Below, one piece after another: positions 27,101-38,622 of a stretch of 64,000 bases of DNA. Position 1 is the stretch's first letter; each line of letters starts with the position of its first letter. Under the pieces are notes generated by a model. That model did not search any database, was not told where the DNA came from, and worked only from the letters and a program-made list of their open reading frames with translations. The stretch spans positions 86,552,001-86,616,000 of the forward strand of contig OX597815.1 in NCBI GenBank assembly GCA_951406725.2, written 5' to 3'. This stretch comes from Octopus vulgaris. Lineage: Eukaryota. The position numbers were made by a program, and so were the translations under genes.

Positions 27101-27780
27101 GTAGCTGAATTTGGTGTTGAATACGCTCTTGCCAAGTAGACATTTTGTTGGAATGTTGTCGTTTTCTAATTTTTTACACCACATAGAATTGTTTAGATTT
27201 TCGCAGTTACAGCCTTAAGGTGGTGCTTGTACTATTTGTCAGCAGTTTTGATTTTATAATGCTGACACATTATCCTGTGTAGATATTGGCCAAGTTTTCC
27301 ATGTCTTGATTTGTATTCTACAGGTGCTAAAACCTTACACCCAGAGATGAAGTGGTCCAGTGTTTCAATTCCATCTACGCAGTATCAGCACTTTGCGTCA
27401 ACTCCATTTTTCATCTCATTGACATGATAATTCCGGGTCAATAATTTCTCATGTTGAGCAACGCAGATAAAGCCTTCACTCTCTGCTTTTAGCCTTGAGC
27501 TCCGTAGCCACTGATGGGCGGGCTTCTGGTCTACATCAGCTTGTTTGGTACGGGCCACATATTTGCCATGCAGAGACTTTTGTTCTCATCAATCAGCCAA
27601 TTGTTCAAACGCATTTTACTTTGCTATTGATTTCACCTTCTTTGCAACTACAGTTGCCGCATTTCCATCTTGCTGTTCAACCTGGATATGATGCATATAC
27701 TCACTAGCAAATTTTTTGCCCTCCTTCATAATATATGAAGCTTCTTACGTTTCCCGTGGTTTTCAACGGGCGTTAGCATA
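24101..27780 (-). mobile_element. Near full-length degenerate R4/Dong element
   Basis: FWLNAFP, PSWLLNGITFLFPK, IFQGDSL, HLIYMDD, WQEKPLNGKY, LKSETEGFIIAAQDQ, ANRPDII...KYKDLEVDISKMW. Confidence 0.92.
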
Positions 27781-27823
27781 TCATTATTGTTGTTGTTGCT
27801 GCTGTTGTTGTTGTTGTAATTAC

Positions 27824-27896
<73 letters not shown>

Positions 27897-27899
<3 letters not shown>

Positions 27900-30584
27900 T
27901 AGTTTTATTTTTATAGCGTGCTTTCACTTCACTACCGAGCGCAGCTCTGTGTGCCTTGGGTATGTGTTGTGATTTGTTGCGATGCTCTGATGATTATTGT
28001 ATGGAAAGTGTTCTGCGTAGGATGTGTGCAGTGCCTAGTAGTGCAATTTTCTGTATGTTATATGTGTTTGTAAGTCCTGGTGTTTTTGTTATGTATTTGT
28101 CTGAATATTTTTTTATCATGCCTAATGCACCGACTATGATAGGAATTGTTTCTGTTTTCAGATTTCACATTCTGGTTACCTCTATTTCCAGGTCTTTGTA
28201 TTTTGAGAGTTTCTCCATTTCTTTTAGAGATACGTTGTCATCTGCCGGTATTGATACATCAATTAGAAAGCATTTTTTTCTTCATGATCTCTGACAACTA
28301 TATCTGGCCTGTTGGCCTTAATTTCTCTTTCTGTGTGTATCGGCATATCCCAGAGTATGGTTGCTTTCTCGTTTTCTGTGACCTTTTCTGGTGTGTGCCT
28401 ATACCATCTTTTTTCTGTTGTTATTCCATAATGTTGGCATAGCTTCCAATGTATGTAGGTTCCAACTCTGTCATGTCTGTGAATATATTCCTTCTTAGCC
28501 ATGACTGGGCAGCTAGAGATAATATGATTTATTGTTTCTTGTCCATCTCCACATATTCTGCAGTTACTTGTAATATTTCTTTTCATTACATGTTTTTGGT
28601 AATTTCTGGTGGGGAGGCTTTGGTCTTGTGCTGTAATTAAAAATCCCTGTTTCTGCTTTGAGTCCTGAGCTTCTCAACCATTGCTGGGATTTTTCTTTGT
28701 CTATTTCTTTTGCGTTTAGTTTAGTCCAGTATTTACCATGAAGGGGCTTTTCTTGCCATCGTTTTATCATGGTTCGTTGCTGTTCTATTTTTAGTTTGGA
28801 TTTCATTTGTTTTATAGCTTTTGTTGTTTCTTCATCTTCTTCTTCTTCTTCATATTTATTAGGTGGTATGATTTCTTGTTTGTATTTGTCAGCTTCCTTA
28901 AATACTGAGAACAGTTTTTTTGTTTTGCTCGTGTTTTGCCGCTATTTGTATCAGTTTTCCTTCATTCTGAAGTAGATATTTTTGCAGTCCTATGGTGGTT
29001 ATTTTATAGTAGCTTTCCAGTTGTATAAGGCCTCTACCACCTTCTATACGTTGTATATATAGTCTTTCTATGTCAGATTTTGGGTGATGCATCCTAGATC
29101 CTGTCATTATTTTTCTTGTTTTCCTATCTATTTTGGTCAGCTCATTTCGTGTCCAGTTAAGGATATTGTAGCTGTAACTTATAACTGGGACAGCTAAAGT
29201 GTTAATACCTATTATCTTGTTTTTAGCATTGAGCTCTGTTTTTAGTATTGATCTAACTCGTCTATATTATTCTTTTTTTATTTTCTCTTTCATTTGTGTG
29301 TGTTGTGTCTTATCTAGTTCATGGATTCCTAAGTATTTGTAAGTTTGGCTTTGGTCTAATTCTTTTATTTCATTGGTTTTATCTAGTGTGATGTTGCTAC
29401 TCTTAACTAGTTTTCCTCTTTTCATGGTTACTTTGGCGCATTTTTCTAATCCAAATTTCATATATATTTCTTTGGTAAATCCATGAACTGTCTTTAATAG
29501 TGTTTCCAGCTGTTTGTCATTTGCAGCGTATAGTTTTAGGTCATCCATATATAAAAGGTGGCTGATCGTTTTGCCGTAACATTTATATCCGCATCCAGTT
29601 CCATTTAGTATATCAGATAGAGGTGACAGTGCCAAGCAGAAAAGGAGTGGAGAGAGCGTGTCTCCCTGGAATATTCCTCTTCTAATGGGGATGTCTTTGG
29701 TTTTCATGAGTCCCTCTTTTGTTTGGAGGTGTAGGACTGTTTGCCATTTACTCATAGAGTGCTCTATGAATTTTATGATTGTTGGTGCTACTTTGTTAAT
29801 GGCTAGTGTTTCGAGGATCCATGTGTGGGGGATGCTATCAAACGCCTTTTTGTAGTCAATCCAGGCCATACTGAGGCCTTTCTTCTTTCTGTGGCTGTCT
29901 TCAGTTATGGCTTTATTAATCATTAGTTGATCTTTACAGCCATATGAGCCTTTGCGGCATCCTTTCTGCTCTTCTGGGAACAGTTTGTTTTCGTCCAGGT
30001 GCTTGTTCAACCTTTGCGATATCACTGCAGTAAATGCCTTGAACATTGTAGGGAGGCAGGTTATTGGTCTGTAGTTTTCTGGTTTTGCTGTCTCATTTGA
30101 TTTGGGAATTAAGATGGTTTTCCCCTTCGTGAGCCATTCAGGCATTGTCTCTGGCTCTGCTAGTATGTTGTTAAAGTTTTCAGCCAGCTTTTTGTGCATT
30201 CCTGTTAGATATTTCAACCAGAAGTTGGGGATCTTGTCATGCCCACGTGCCTTCCAGTTGCTTAGTCTTTGCAGTGCTTGGGTGACCTCTTCAGTTGTTA
30301 TGGGGGTCCAAAGTTGTTCAGATGCCGAGTTTGTTATTTTGATACTCCTTTTTTTTTTGGTTGTTCGTTCGCCGACCATATTTCTCTCCAGAATTCTTCC
30401 AATTCTTCTGCCGTTGGTGCTGCAGTGACATCTATTTTATTTTTGCCAATTTCTTGGTAGAAATTTTTGGGGTTGGTGTTGAACTTTTTGTTTTGCTCAA
30501 AGAAGCGCTGGCGTTTCTCGTACCGGCGGATCCTTTGTGCTTTGGCAAGGATATCTTGCTTCAGCTTTTCTTTTATCTCAGGTT
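27897..30584 (-). mobile_element. Young 5'-truncated R4/Dong element with (TAA)n tail, embedded in TAA repeats
   Basis: Long open RT frame, CRICGDGQETINHIISSC knuckle, RPDIVV..KYKDLEIEV RLE; 3' UTR ends aaaataaaactactg(AAT)n; 5' junction in (TTA)n at ~30584. Confidence 0.95.
29267..30379 (-). CDS. Reverse transcriptase domain of the R4/Dong element (part of an interrupted ORF)
   Basis: NYRPITCLP, EQKGC, WIDYKKAFDSIPH, GIFQGDTLSPLLF, HLLYMDDLKLYA, YKYLG; ends at an in-frame TAA where YY is expected. Confidence 0.9.
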   Translation of the reverse strand: MVGERTTKKKRSIKITNSASEQLWTPITTEEVTQALQRLSNWKARGHDKIPNFWLKYLTGMHKKLAENFNNILAEPETMPEWLTKGKTILIPKSNETAKPENYRPITCLPTMFKAFTAVISQRLNKHLDENKLFPEEQKGCRKGSYGCKDQLMINKAITEDSHRKKKGLSMAWIDYKKAFDSIPHTWILETLAINKVAPTIIKFIEHSMSKWQTVLHLQTKEGLMKTKDIPIRRGIFQGDTLSPLLFCLALSPLSDILNGTGCGYKCYGKTISHLLYMDDLKLYAANDKQLETLLKTVHGFTKEIYMKFGLEKCAKVTMKRGKLVKSSNITLDKTNEIKELDQSQTYKYLGIHELDKTQHTQMKEKIKKE

Positions 30585-30608
30585 TATTATTATTATCATT
30601 ATTATTAT

Positions 30609-30647
<39 letters not shown>

Positions 30648-30649
<2 letters not shown>

Positions 30650-30862
30650 TTGAGTGAGAGATCAGAGATGCATATATCATCAGCACCAAGGGACATGCTC
30701 AACTGGTTAAAGTCAAACAACTGACAAGTAAATCTGTGGTATTGAGCAGAATATTTACTGTAGCCCATCTTTTTTACCAAGACATGTTCATGATAATACT
30801 TCCAATCAGTTAAGATCAGAATCCATGAGAGCCAGTGCCTGATCCAGCATCAGCGCATTTAT
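30648..30862 (-). mobile_element. Short interspersed repeat ending in ctctcactcaata, inside a trinucleotide microsatellite
   Basis: Minus-strand 3' end tgatctctcactcaatactact; the same terminus occurs at 6391-6408 (gctctctcactcaatag). Confidence 0.5.
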
Positions 30863-30884
30863 TATTGTCATTATTATTTTTCAC

Positions 30885-31010
30885 TTGTCGCTACGTTCTG
30901 AGTTCATTTCGAGGTCGATAAAATAAGTACAAGTTAAACACTGGAGTCAGTGAAATCGACTCATCCCTTTCCCCAAAATTATTGCCCTTGTGGCAAAATC
31001 TACAACTATT
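30885..31010 (+). mobile_element. Truncated SINE
   Basis: cgttctgagttca..gaggtcgataaaataagtacaag...aatcgact...cccttgtggcaaaatct. Confidence 0.75.
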
Positions 31011-31023
31011 ATTGTTTTTATTG

Positions 31024-31066
<43 letters not shown>

Positions 31067-31102
31067 CATTATTATTATTATTATTGTTATTATTATTATT
31101 AC

Positions 31103-31146
<44 letters not shown>

Positions 31147-34100
31147 TCATTATTATTATTGTTATTATGTAGGCACTGAATTTGCGTGATCAAAAGAATT
31201 CTGAACTATATGCATGGCAACATGTAATTCGCAATAACACACACATTCACATACACACCATTTATATGCCTGTGTGTGTATATATATATGTGTGTGTGCG
31301 TGTGTGTATGTATGTTGTTATTTAATGTATGTGTGCATGTGTAAATCTATGAATGTGTTTGTGTGTACTCGTAGATAAACGAATGCTAACATATACACAT
31401 ATTTACAGACATACGTACACATGTAAACATATTTACATTTAGAGAAACGTATTTTAAAACAAGATGCTTACTACGTCCTATTTGCAATGTTAGTTTCATT
31501 CTTCGGCTTTAAGTGAAGAGTAAAATTCCCGGAAGGGAATTGACGATGTTTATCTCTTTTTTTATTTCCCTATTTCTCGTTTTTTTTTGTTTTGTCTTTT
31601 CAGCATTCAAAGATGCAGTCGTCTACGTATGATGAGACAATGCTAATAATTAAAAACACAAATTTATAGGTAGTTTTGTTCATAGATAAAATTTAGATAA
31701 AAAAATAGAAAGACAAGATACTGCCAGATAAAGATGTTTATTCTTGTTTTAAAATCAGAGAGATAATAGTTTTCCTGAATATAATTATATATAATTTCAG
31801 TTAAGAGATATCGACCAGGAGACTTGGAAGGAACTCTTTCCCAACCAGCATGATTGTGTGCATTGGAAGAATTAAATATATTACAGTGCTTCTAGTTATC
31901 TTCGTGAATATTAGTATTATTGAAGCGACACATTCTTGGCACAGAATACTAAGCTAGCATAATAAATAAGTAACTCAACGAAATTGCATAAAAGACCAAG
32001 TATGGCAAATGCATTTCCTCATATAAATAAATGCCAGATATAACTGTTACTGTTGTATTGCCGTCATGTCCCAGAAAATAATCATCTTCGGATTTTGGTC
32101 TTCATTCTTACATTCTTCTGGGGTTGGGTTTGTGTGTGTTAGTGTCTCCTGCTATACTGCTAACTTAAGATGAACCCTATCAAACCTTCAAGGTTATCAA
32201 ACACACATAAACTAATATCAATGCACTGGAGAAAGAAATCAGGAAGCTCGATACCTGCAAGTTTTCTGTCTGTTTGGATAACCGATTCCAAATACACTTT
32301 AGTGTGGTAATTAGTTATATATTCTTCGTTGACCGTTCACTGTGTTAGGGATGTTGTATGACCACATTGAAATTTATTTGCGTTTTGAAATATTTTATTA
32401 CCCAACTTTATTAATATTTACAAGTGCGTCAAATTAATGGAACAAAGTTCAACGAACATGATAGTTAGGAATCTTCTGTAATGCGACTTGCTGACTTCTA
32501 TTAGGAAAGTAGCTGAAAGAGTTTAAATTACGGCATATAATTATACGGCGCTACAAATTAAGACGGGGTTATTTTTCTCGGGTAAAACGTTTTAGATAAG
32601 GAAAGTGAAAGAGTAGAAGAGATCAACTCACTAAGACAAGTGACAGAAATTCGTGCAAATGACTGAGTAATTCTCTGGCCTGATGATGAATTTGCCAGCT
32701 TTATAGTCGTAAGCCACCCCTTTAGAATTCTCGGCAAAGCTGCTTGGCGGAAAAATTCGCACACTTCCTTTGGAGTTTGTCGCATTAATCATAAGTCAGA
32801 CAGTGCTAATGGGTCGAGTCATATACATTATGGCGTTAATACACTTTATGATGACACTTTTACATTCTATGGAGACACATTATGTTGTGGCTGACGATTA
32901 GGAATATCTAAGCGCTATGGTTCAAATCCCAGCAAGTACCTCGCCCGAATCCCATATGCTTTAGCCTATTATCTCAGATTGCTGAACTACATCTCAAATT
33001 TTTGAGCTATGCACGTTCATATATGCACGTTCATACATCCATATTATTGATGAAATTATAAACACATTATTTCCAATTTTGGCACCATACCGCTGATCGA
33101 AGGGGACGTTAAATTTGACTATATATTCTCTAGTATATTAGTGAACTTGTTTTCTCCTCTTTTCTCCATAATGGGTTTTAAAAATTTGTTCACTTGTTAC
33201 TTGATAAAAGTTGAAGACAGTGATAGTTGAAATCAGAATTTAAAGCACCGAAACTAAATACTTCGAACCATTTAGTGATACTTGGCGTCATAACCAATGT
33301 CCCGATATAATGTTATGTTTAACCCAGATAATAAAAGTTAAATTGAAGATGAATAGTGCTGTGGTTTTTTGTTGCCCTCTCTATAACCATATCATTGCTA
33401 AAATCCCTACTGCTGTCAGAAATTCATGATTACTTTTGTAGATATTTTCTAAATATCTGGAGCAAATTTACCTGCATGATATGAATACACACTGATTCCG
33501 TGACATTAAAAAAAAAGAATTAAAATACACAACTTATCACAGTGTAGCTACAAGACATAAAAATGTGGAAATTACAAAACATAAACATGTGAAAATCGTA
33601 TGCGCATGCTTACTTCAAGAAATGTAAATATCTTATGTTTCCCGTAATCTGTTAGGAATTTGTGTTTATGAAAATAGTGTATTTTATACATGCATGGCAT
33701 TTTCACTGAAAGCAGAAACTTCAGCAAGTGTGGTTCTCTGACTACTAAATAGCTCTACTCTCACGCCCACTTTAATGAAGTTATTGTGATTTGTCTATGA
33801 AACAAACAACTTTTGTTTCCGATCAATAACATGATTCGTGCGATCGAAAATTCAACGTTTTCTTAACGAAGTCTTTTGTTCTTTTGATTTCACTAAACAA
33901 ATTCTATTGTCAAAAGATAGTACATAACAAAACATTCATCATCTTGCAGATCAAAGTCAATTTAAAAATGACAAGTTTTCGCAAAACACTGCAGAATTTC
34001 CATTCGTTGATAACTAACATTGATCGAAAGACAGCCTTCCTACTGAGAAAGACTAATGATTTTTCAATGATTCTGAGACTACAATACTTCCATATGCAAT

Positions 34101-35891
34101 TATAGAAAAACAGTAGTAGAACGGATCTCTATTCCCGCTTGAAACATTTCACTTATGAATCTAATACACGAAATAAGATATACACTATCCATATTATCCC
34201 TTATGCTTTTCAGTAAGAGGTGTTACTTCCAGAAATAAACTACGTACTTAACTTTACGTTGTCAATGTTTTAAGATAAGGAAATACATTCATAGTAATAA
34301 TAAATACATTACACACATTACATCAACCTTTACTGTCCCTGAAATATGCATTATTGCCAAGTCACACGAAACCATTTGCAGAACGCTAGATCCTTCATAT
34401 CCAAATTTGTGCGGTAGATATAAACGGTATAATACATTTTCTAAGAAAAACTGATTTAGGAAAATAGGATGGGTTGACTTCCTAATGTCTTCTGTAGTAT
34501 TTCACTAAGAGTATATTTTCATTAACACTTATTACATTTATTTGCTCCATTAGCATTATAATGTCAAATAATCAGAATGTATTTTCAACTTACCCACTGC
34601 ATTTAGATCAATGCTCTTCCTTCAGAAGTCTCCATAAAAAATATTGTAGTGATGTGTGTGTGAGTGTATGAGTATATGTGTGTGCGTGTGTGTCTGTCTG
34701 TGTATGTGTGTCTGTGTGTCTCTGTGTGTGAGTGTGTGTATGTGTGTATTTATTTATGCATTGATGTATGTATGCTTGTAAATGTGAATTTCTGCACAAA
34801 TCCTGTTTATGGTTCAACCTAATCAGCTGCATAATGAAATAGAATCTGGAATCGCTCGATTGGGATCCTACAACATTACTAGAATCACAAGGTTTATTTA
34901 TTTAAACTGTAGAAGAGTGTCCTTAAGATGATTTTGACCAGTCAACTCAAAGAGCCTGTCTTGAATTTTGGTTCACAGTTTAAGTATGTGCAGAAGCATT
35001 ATAGTCACCGATATGGGAATAGTTCAGGAGAGGCAGCCGTGGTATTAGCTTTGGTTCTCTACATTCTGAACTGAAATTCCACGAAGGTCAATTTACCTTA
35101 TACCCTTCTGAATAAAGTATTGTCAAGTTCTAAGATCGACTTAGATGAGTACCTCCACTCCATACATTTATGTTATAAAGAATTATGTTTTTTTTATTAA
35201 AGATAAATCGTTTTTCTTTACAAGAAAAGTTTTAGGTTAGTGTTTAGGAAATATTTCTGGCAGTTATGTGAACCGAGGCATGTAAAGCTAAATCGTTCTC
35301 CTACGGCTTCACAGTAACATGTATATTATATCTGAACTTGTAACAAATGAGCCTGATACTTCAATGAAGCATCCATCTCTCATTTAAATATTTTATTCAT
35401 TTGTGCAGAAATACATCAATTCAAATATTAAATTATCAGTATTTTCTGCTTGAATCTCTGTGATCATATTAGACAAATTTAATAAATAAAGGTAAATAGA
35501 GAGCTGTAAATTTCTTTGTAGAAAACCATTTACTTTCTCAAACATCTAAATACTATAGTACGAGATCTATGGAATCTTTTCGCTCATGAACAGATTTACC
35601 GATTTTTCTTTTAATTTCAACTACGTCAAAAAATAACGTTTTATTCACAGTTGTTTAATACTCACCCCTCCCACACAGACACACATACACACGTGTGTGC
35701 ATGCGTGTCTGTGTAAACTGGATACGTTATTATGTGTATACATATGTATGTATGTTCTTATATATGTGTGTGCTTGCTTTTTTGTAAACTTATGTATAAA
35801 ACTAGTTAAATTGAAGTATAACCATAATTTTCAGAAGGATATCATATATGTGAGATTTTGGGTGTATTGTAATCATATATGCATGTATGTA

Positions 35892-35943
<52 letters not shown>

Positions 35944-36162
35944 GTATATATATATATAAAGGGGTTTGTATGATTGTGTATAGAGGGATATATATTATTC
36001 AAAGAAATTCCAACTCTGTCTGTTTTTTATGTTTTATTTATATTCTTTATAATATTAATGTAGAATATAGAATATATAGTATAAATAATATATATATAGT
36101 AAAATGAAATGAAGTATTGATTGTCTTATTGAATAGATCAAATATTGAATATAAAATATTAA

Positions 36163-36206
36163 GGGACTAGTATACTTTCTTGCATTATAGCAGTCTTCTA
36201 GGTCCC
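36163..36206 (-). ncRNA. Inverted copy of the same hammerhead-like motif with a core substitution (CUAGAAGA)
   Basis: Reverse complement reads gggac-ctagaaga-ctgctataatgcaa-gaaa-gtatac-ta-gtccc. Confidence 0.5.
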
Positions 36207-36244
36207 AGGTTGTGACACGTGTTGAAACACTATTGTCACAACCT

Positions 36245-36288
36245 GGGACCTTGAAGACTGCTATAATGCAAGAAAGTATACTAGTCCC
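36245..36288 (+). ncRNA. Minimal type I hammerhead-like ribozyme (Penelope-type, CUUGAAGA core)
   Basis: gggac-CTTGAAGA-ctgc(tataat)gcaa-GAAA-gtatac-TA-gtccc: 5-bp stem I, stem II tgc/gca, palindromic stem III AGTATACT. Confidence 0.6.
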
Positions 36289-36935
36289 TTAATATTTTAT
36301 ATTCAATATTTCATCTATTCAATAAGACAATCAACACTTCATTTCATCTTACTATATATATATTATTTATACTATATATTCTATATTCTACATTAATATT
36401 ATAAAGGATATAGATAAAATATAAAAAAACAGAGTTGGAATTTCTTTGAATAATATATATACATACAGAGAGAGAGAGAGAGGGGGGAGATAGGGAGAGA
36501 GAGAGGAGAATTTGTTTGGTGGCTTGAAAATGCACCTGAATCTAAAATAGGTGTAGTTTTTAAATTGATTTATTCACATACCAAACTAGTTTCAGACAAT
36601 GTTTTGCATATCGATGGTACAAATACGTATAACAAAAAGGGGTTTAGCAGAGTTTAAGATTATAAGGTTAAAATTGGACAAACATGTTTACAACAAACAT
36701 TTAATATAGATAATATCTACGAGATTTCTCCCACAATGCTTGGATGTACCCGACGTTATTGTCGAAGGCACTTGTCTACATGATGCAGCTTATACAAGTA
36801 AAAAAGGTCGTGGAAATGCTAACGTCAACAGAATATTATCGCTAAAATAGAAACAGTGACACATTACAGCATTCATAGCATTCACAATACAAACAGCTAA
36901 TTCAAACCAGCCAATGTAAATGCCAGAAGAACTCC

Positions 36936-37690
36936 ATGCTGCCGATTAGGTATTTTCTCATAAATAGCCGTGTTGAGTCGTTCCATCTGTTGAACATAGA
37001 GTTCTGCGTGGACCGTTTGGTTCCCTTCAAGCAATTCGTAATGGATAATCCCTTCTCAGTCCCACCATACGCACAACATCGTTTTATGCGGATGAAGATC
37101 TTGTTTCACACGCGGTGTCGCTTCTTTACCGGGGCTAAGCCATTCCTTACGCTGCTTCATATTCATGTACAGGCGCCAATTTTCGTCGCCAGTAACGATT
37201 CGGTAAAAAAATCGTTGCTTGTCTCCATGAATTGAGCGGTGACGAGCAAGCAAACCAGCGGAGATTGTGGCTCATTGATATTTTTTCTTATCACTTAAAG
37301 CATGCGTTCCGCATGCTCCATACTTCTGAACCTTTCCCATCGAGTGAAGATGCTTCCCTATAGCAGTGTGGGATCATTCCATTTTCTCTGCCAGTTCCTT
37401 TGACGTTTGACGAGAATTTTCGTGCAAATTTGGTTTAATCGCTCTTCATTGAACTCAACTGGACGACCAGAACGAGGTGCGTGTTTGACGTCAAAATTTC
37501 CATTTTTGAACTTGGCATACAATCACGAGCGGTTCTTTCAGCTATGGCACCCTCTCCATACACAGCACAAATGTCGCGTGCAGCTTTTGCGGTCTTAGAA
37601 CCTTAATTAAAAGCAAAAAGGAAGTGTCGAAAATGCTCGTTTTTTTTTACATTCCATTTTAATGATCTGAAAATGAACTCTTAGAATAAA
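36936..37690 (-). pseudogene. Degenerate mariner (Tc1/mariner) transposase, N-terminal and central part
   Basis: KNGNFDVK..PRSGRP, RIVTGDENW, KEWL..G..TPRVKQDLHPHKTMLCVWWD, YELL; frameshifted, TIRs not seen. Confidence 0.9.
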
Positions 37691-37865
37691 CGCTTCTGTT
37701 TTTATTTAATTATTATAAATCTTCCACTGAAGAGGGAGTCGGTTTCCAACAAAGATATAAGCATCCATCCATCCATCCATCCATCCATACATACATACAT
37801 ACATACATACATACATACATACATACATACATACATACATACATACATACATACATACATACATG

Positions 37866-38090
37866 GACAACAGCTTTGAAATCCCCGGCTTCTGTATGCA
37901 AACTATGAATTCATATTCATACCAATAATAATTGGAGCACTAGGTTTTGTCAGTAAATGCTTAAAGAACAGTCTGGATAAACTGGAATTTTCAGAAAGAG
38001 AAATCGAGCGCCTAATTCGTACGTTACAACTGCAATCTGTGAGTGGAACAGCAAAAATATGCAAGACTTTTCTCAAGTGCCAAATGTGAA
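37866..38090 (+). mobile_element. Extreme 3' fragment of an R4-clade element
   Basis: [54 protein letters not shown]. Confidence 0.75.
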
Positions 38091-38119
38091 TTTGCCTGTG
38101 TAAACTACATCCCAACGAT

Positions 38120-38268
38120 GGAGCTTTATATCTTTGTCTACAAAATCCATTCACAAGGATCAGGTCGGAGGCTACAGCAGAACACACTTGGCCAAGGTGC
38201 CACGATATGGGACTGATCCCGAAACCATGTAATTAGGAATCAGGCTTCGTACCACGCATTCACGCCAT
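38120..38268 (-). mobile_element. SINE with CORE-like acttggccaaggt motif
   Basis: aaatccattcacaagg...gaggctacagcagaacacacttggccaaggtgccacgatatgggactgatcccgaaacc. Confidence 0.75.
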
Positions 38269-38495
38269 CAGTTGTGAATGTGTTCGGGTTGTGTTTCATA
38301 AATAACTGTCTGTGATCACATAACTGATGTCCGAAGGCAATATATATGTATATATAAATCATCAGTTATGTGATCACAGGCAGTTACCTATGAAATTGTG
38401 TGTATGAACAAAGGATAATAAGTTTCGCATTATAATACGTACACATAGTATTTTTCATATATACATGTATGTTTGAGGGCAGAAGTATGCGTGTG

Positions 38496-38552
<57 letters not shown>

Positions 38553-38582
38553 TATATACATATGGATACATACATACATATA

Positions 38583-38622
<40 letters not shown>

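Larger units (their letters stand above)
35988..36460. repeat. ~470-bp long inverted repeat (arms ~230 bp, 16-nt spacer)
   Basis: 35988-36217 is the reverse complement of 36234-36460 with roughly ten differences by eye; spacer cgtgttgaaacactat. Confidence 0.97.

Noticed and set aside
32885-32940. tRNA gene candidate (ggttcaaatccc B box)
   Set aside because: No cloverleaf; decayed SINE head.
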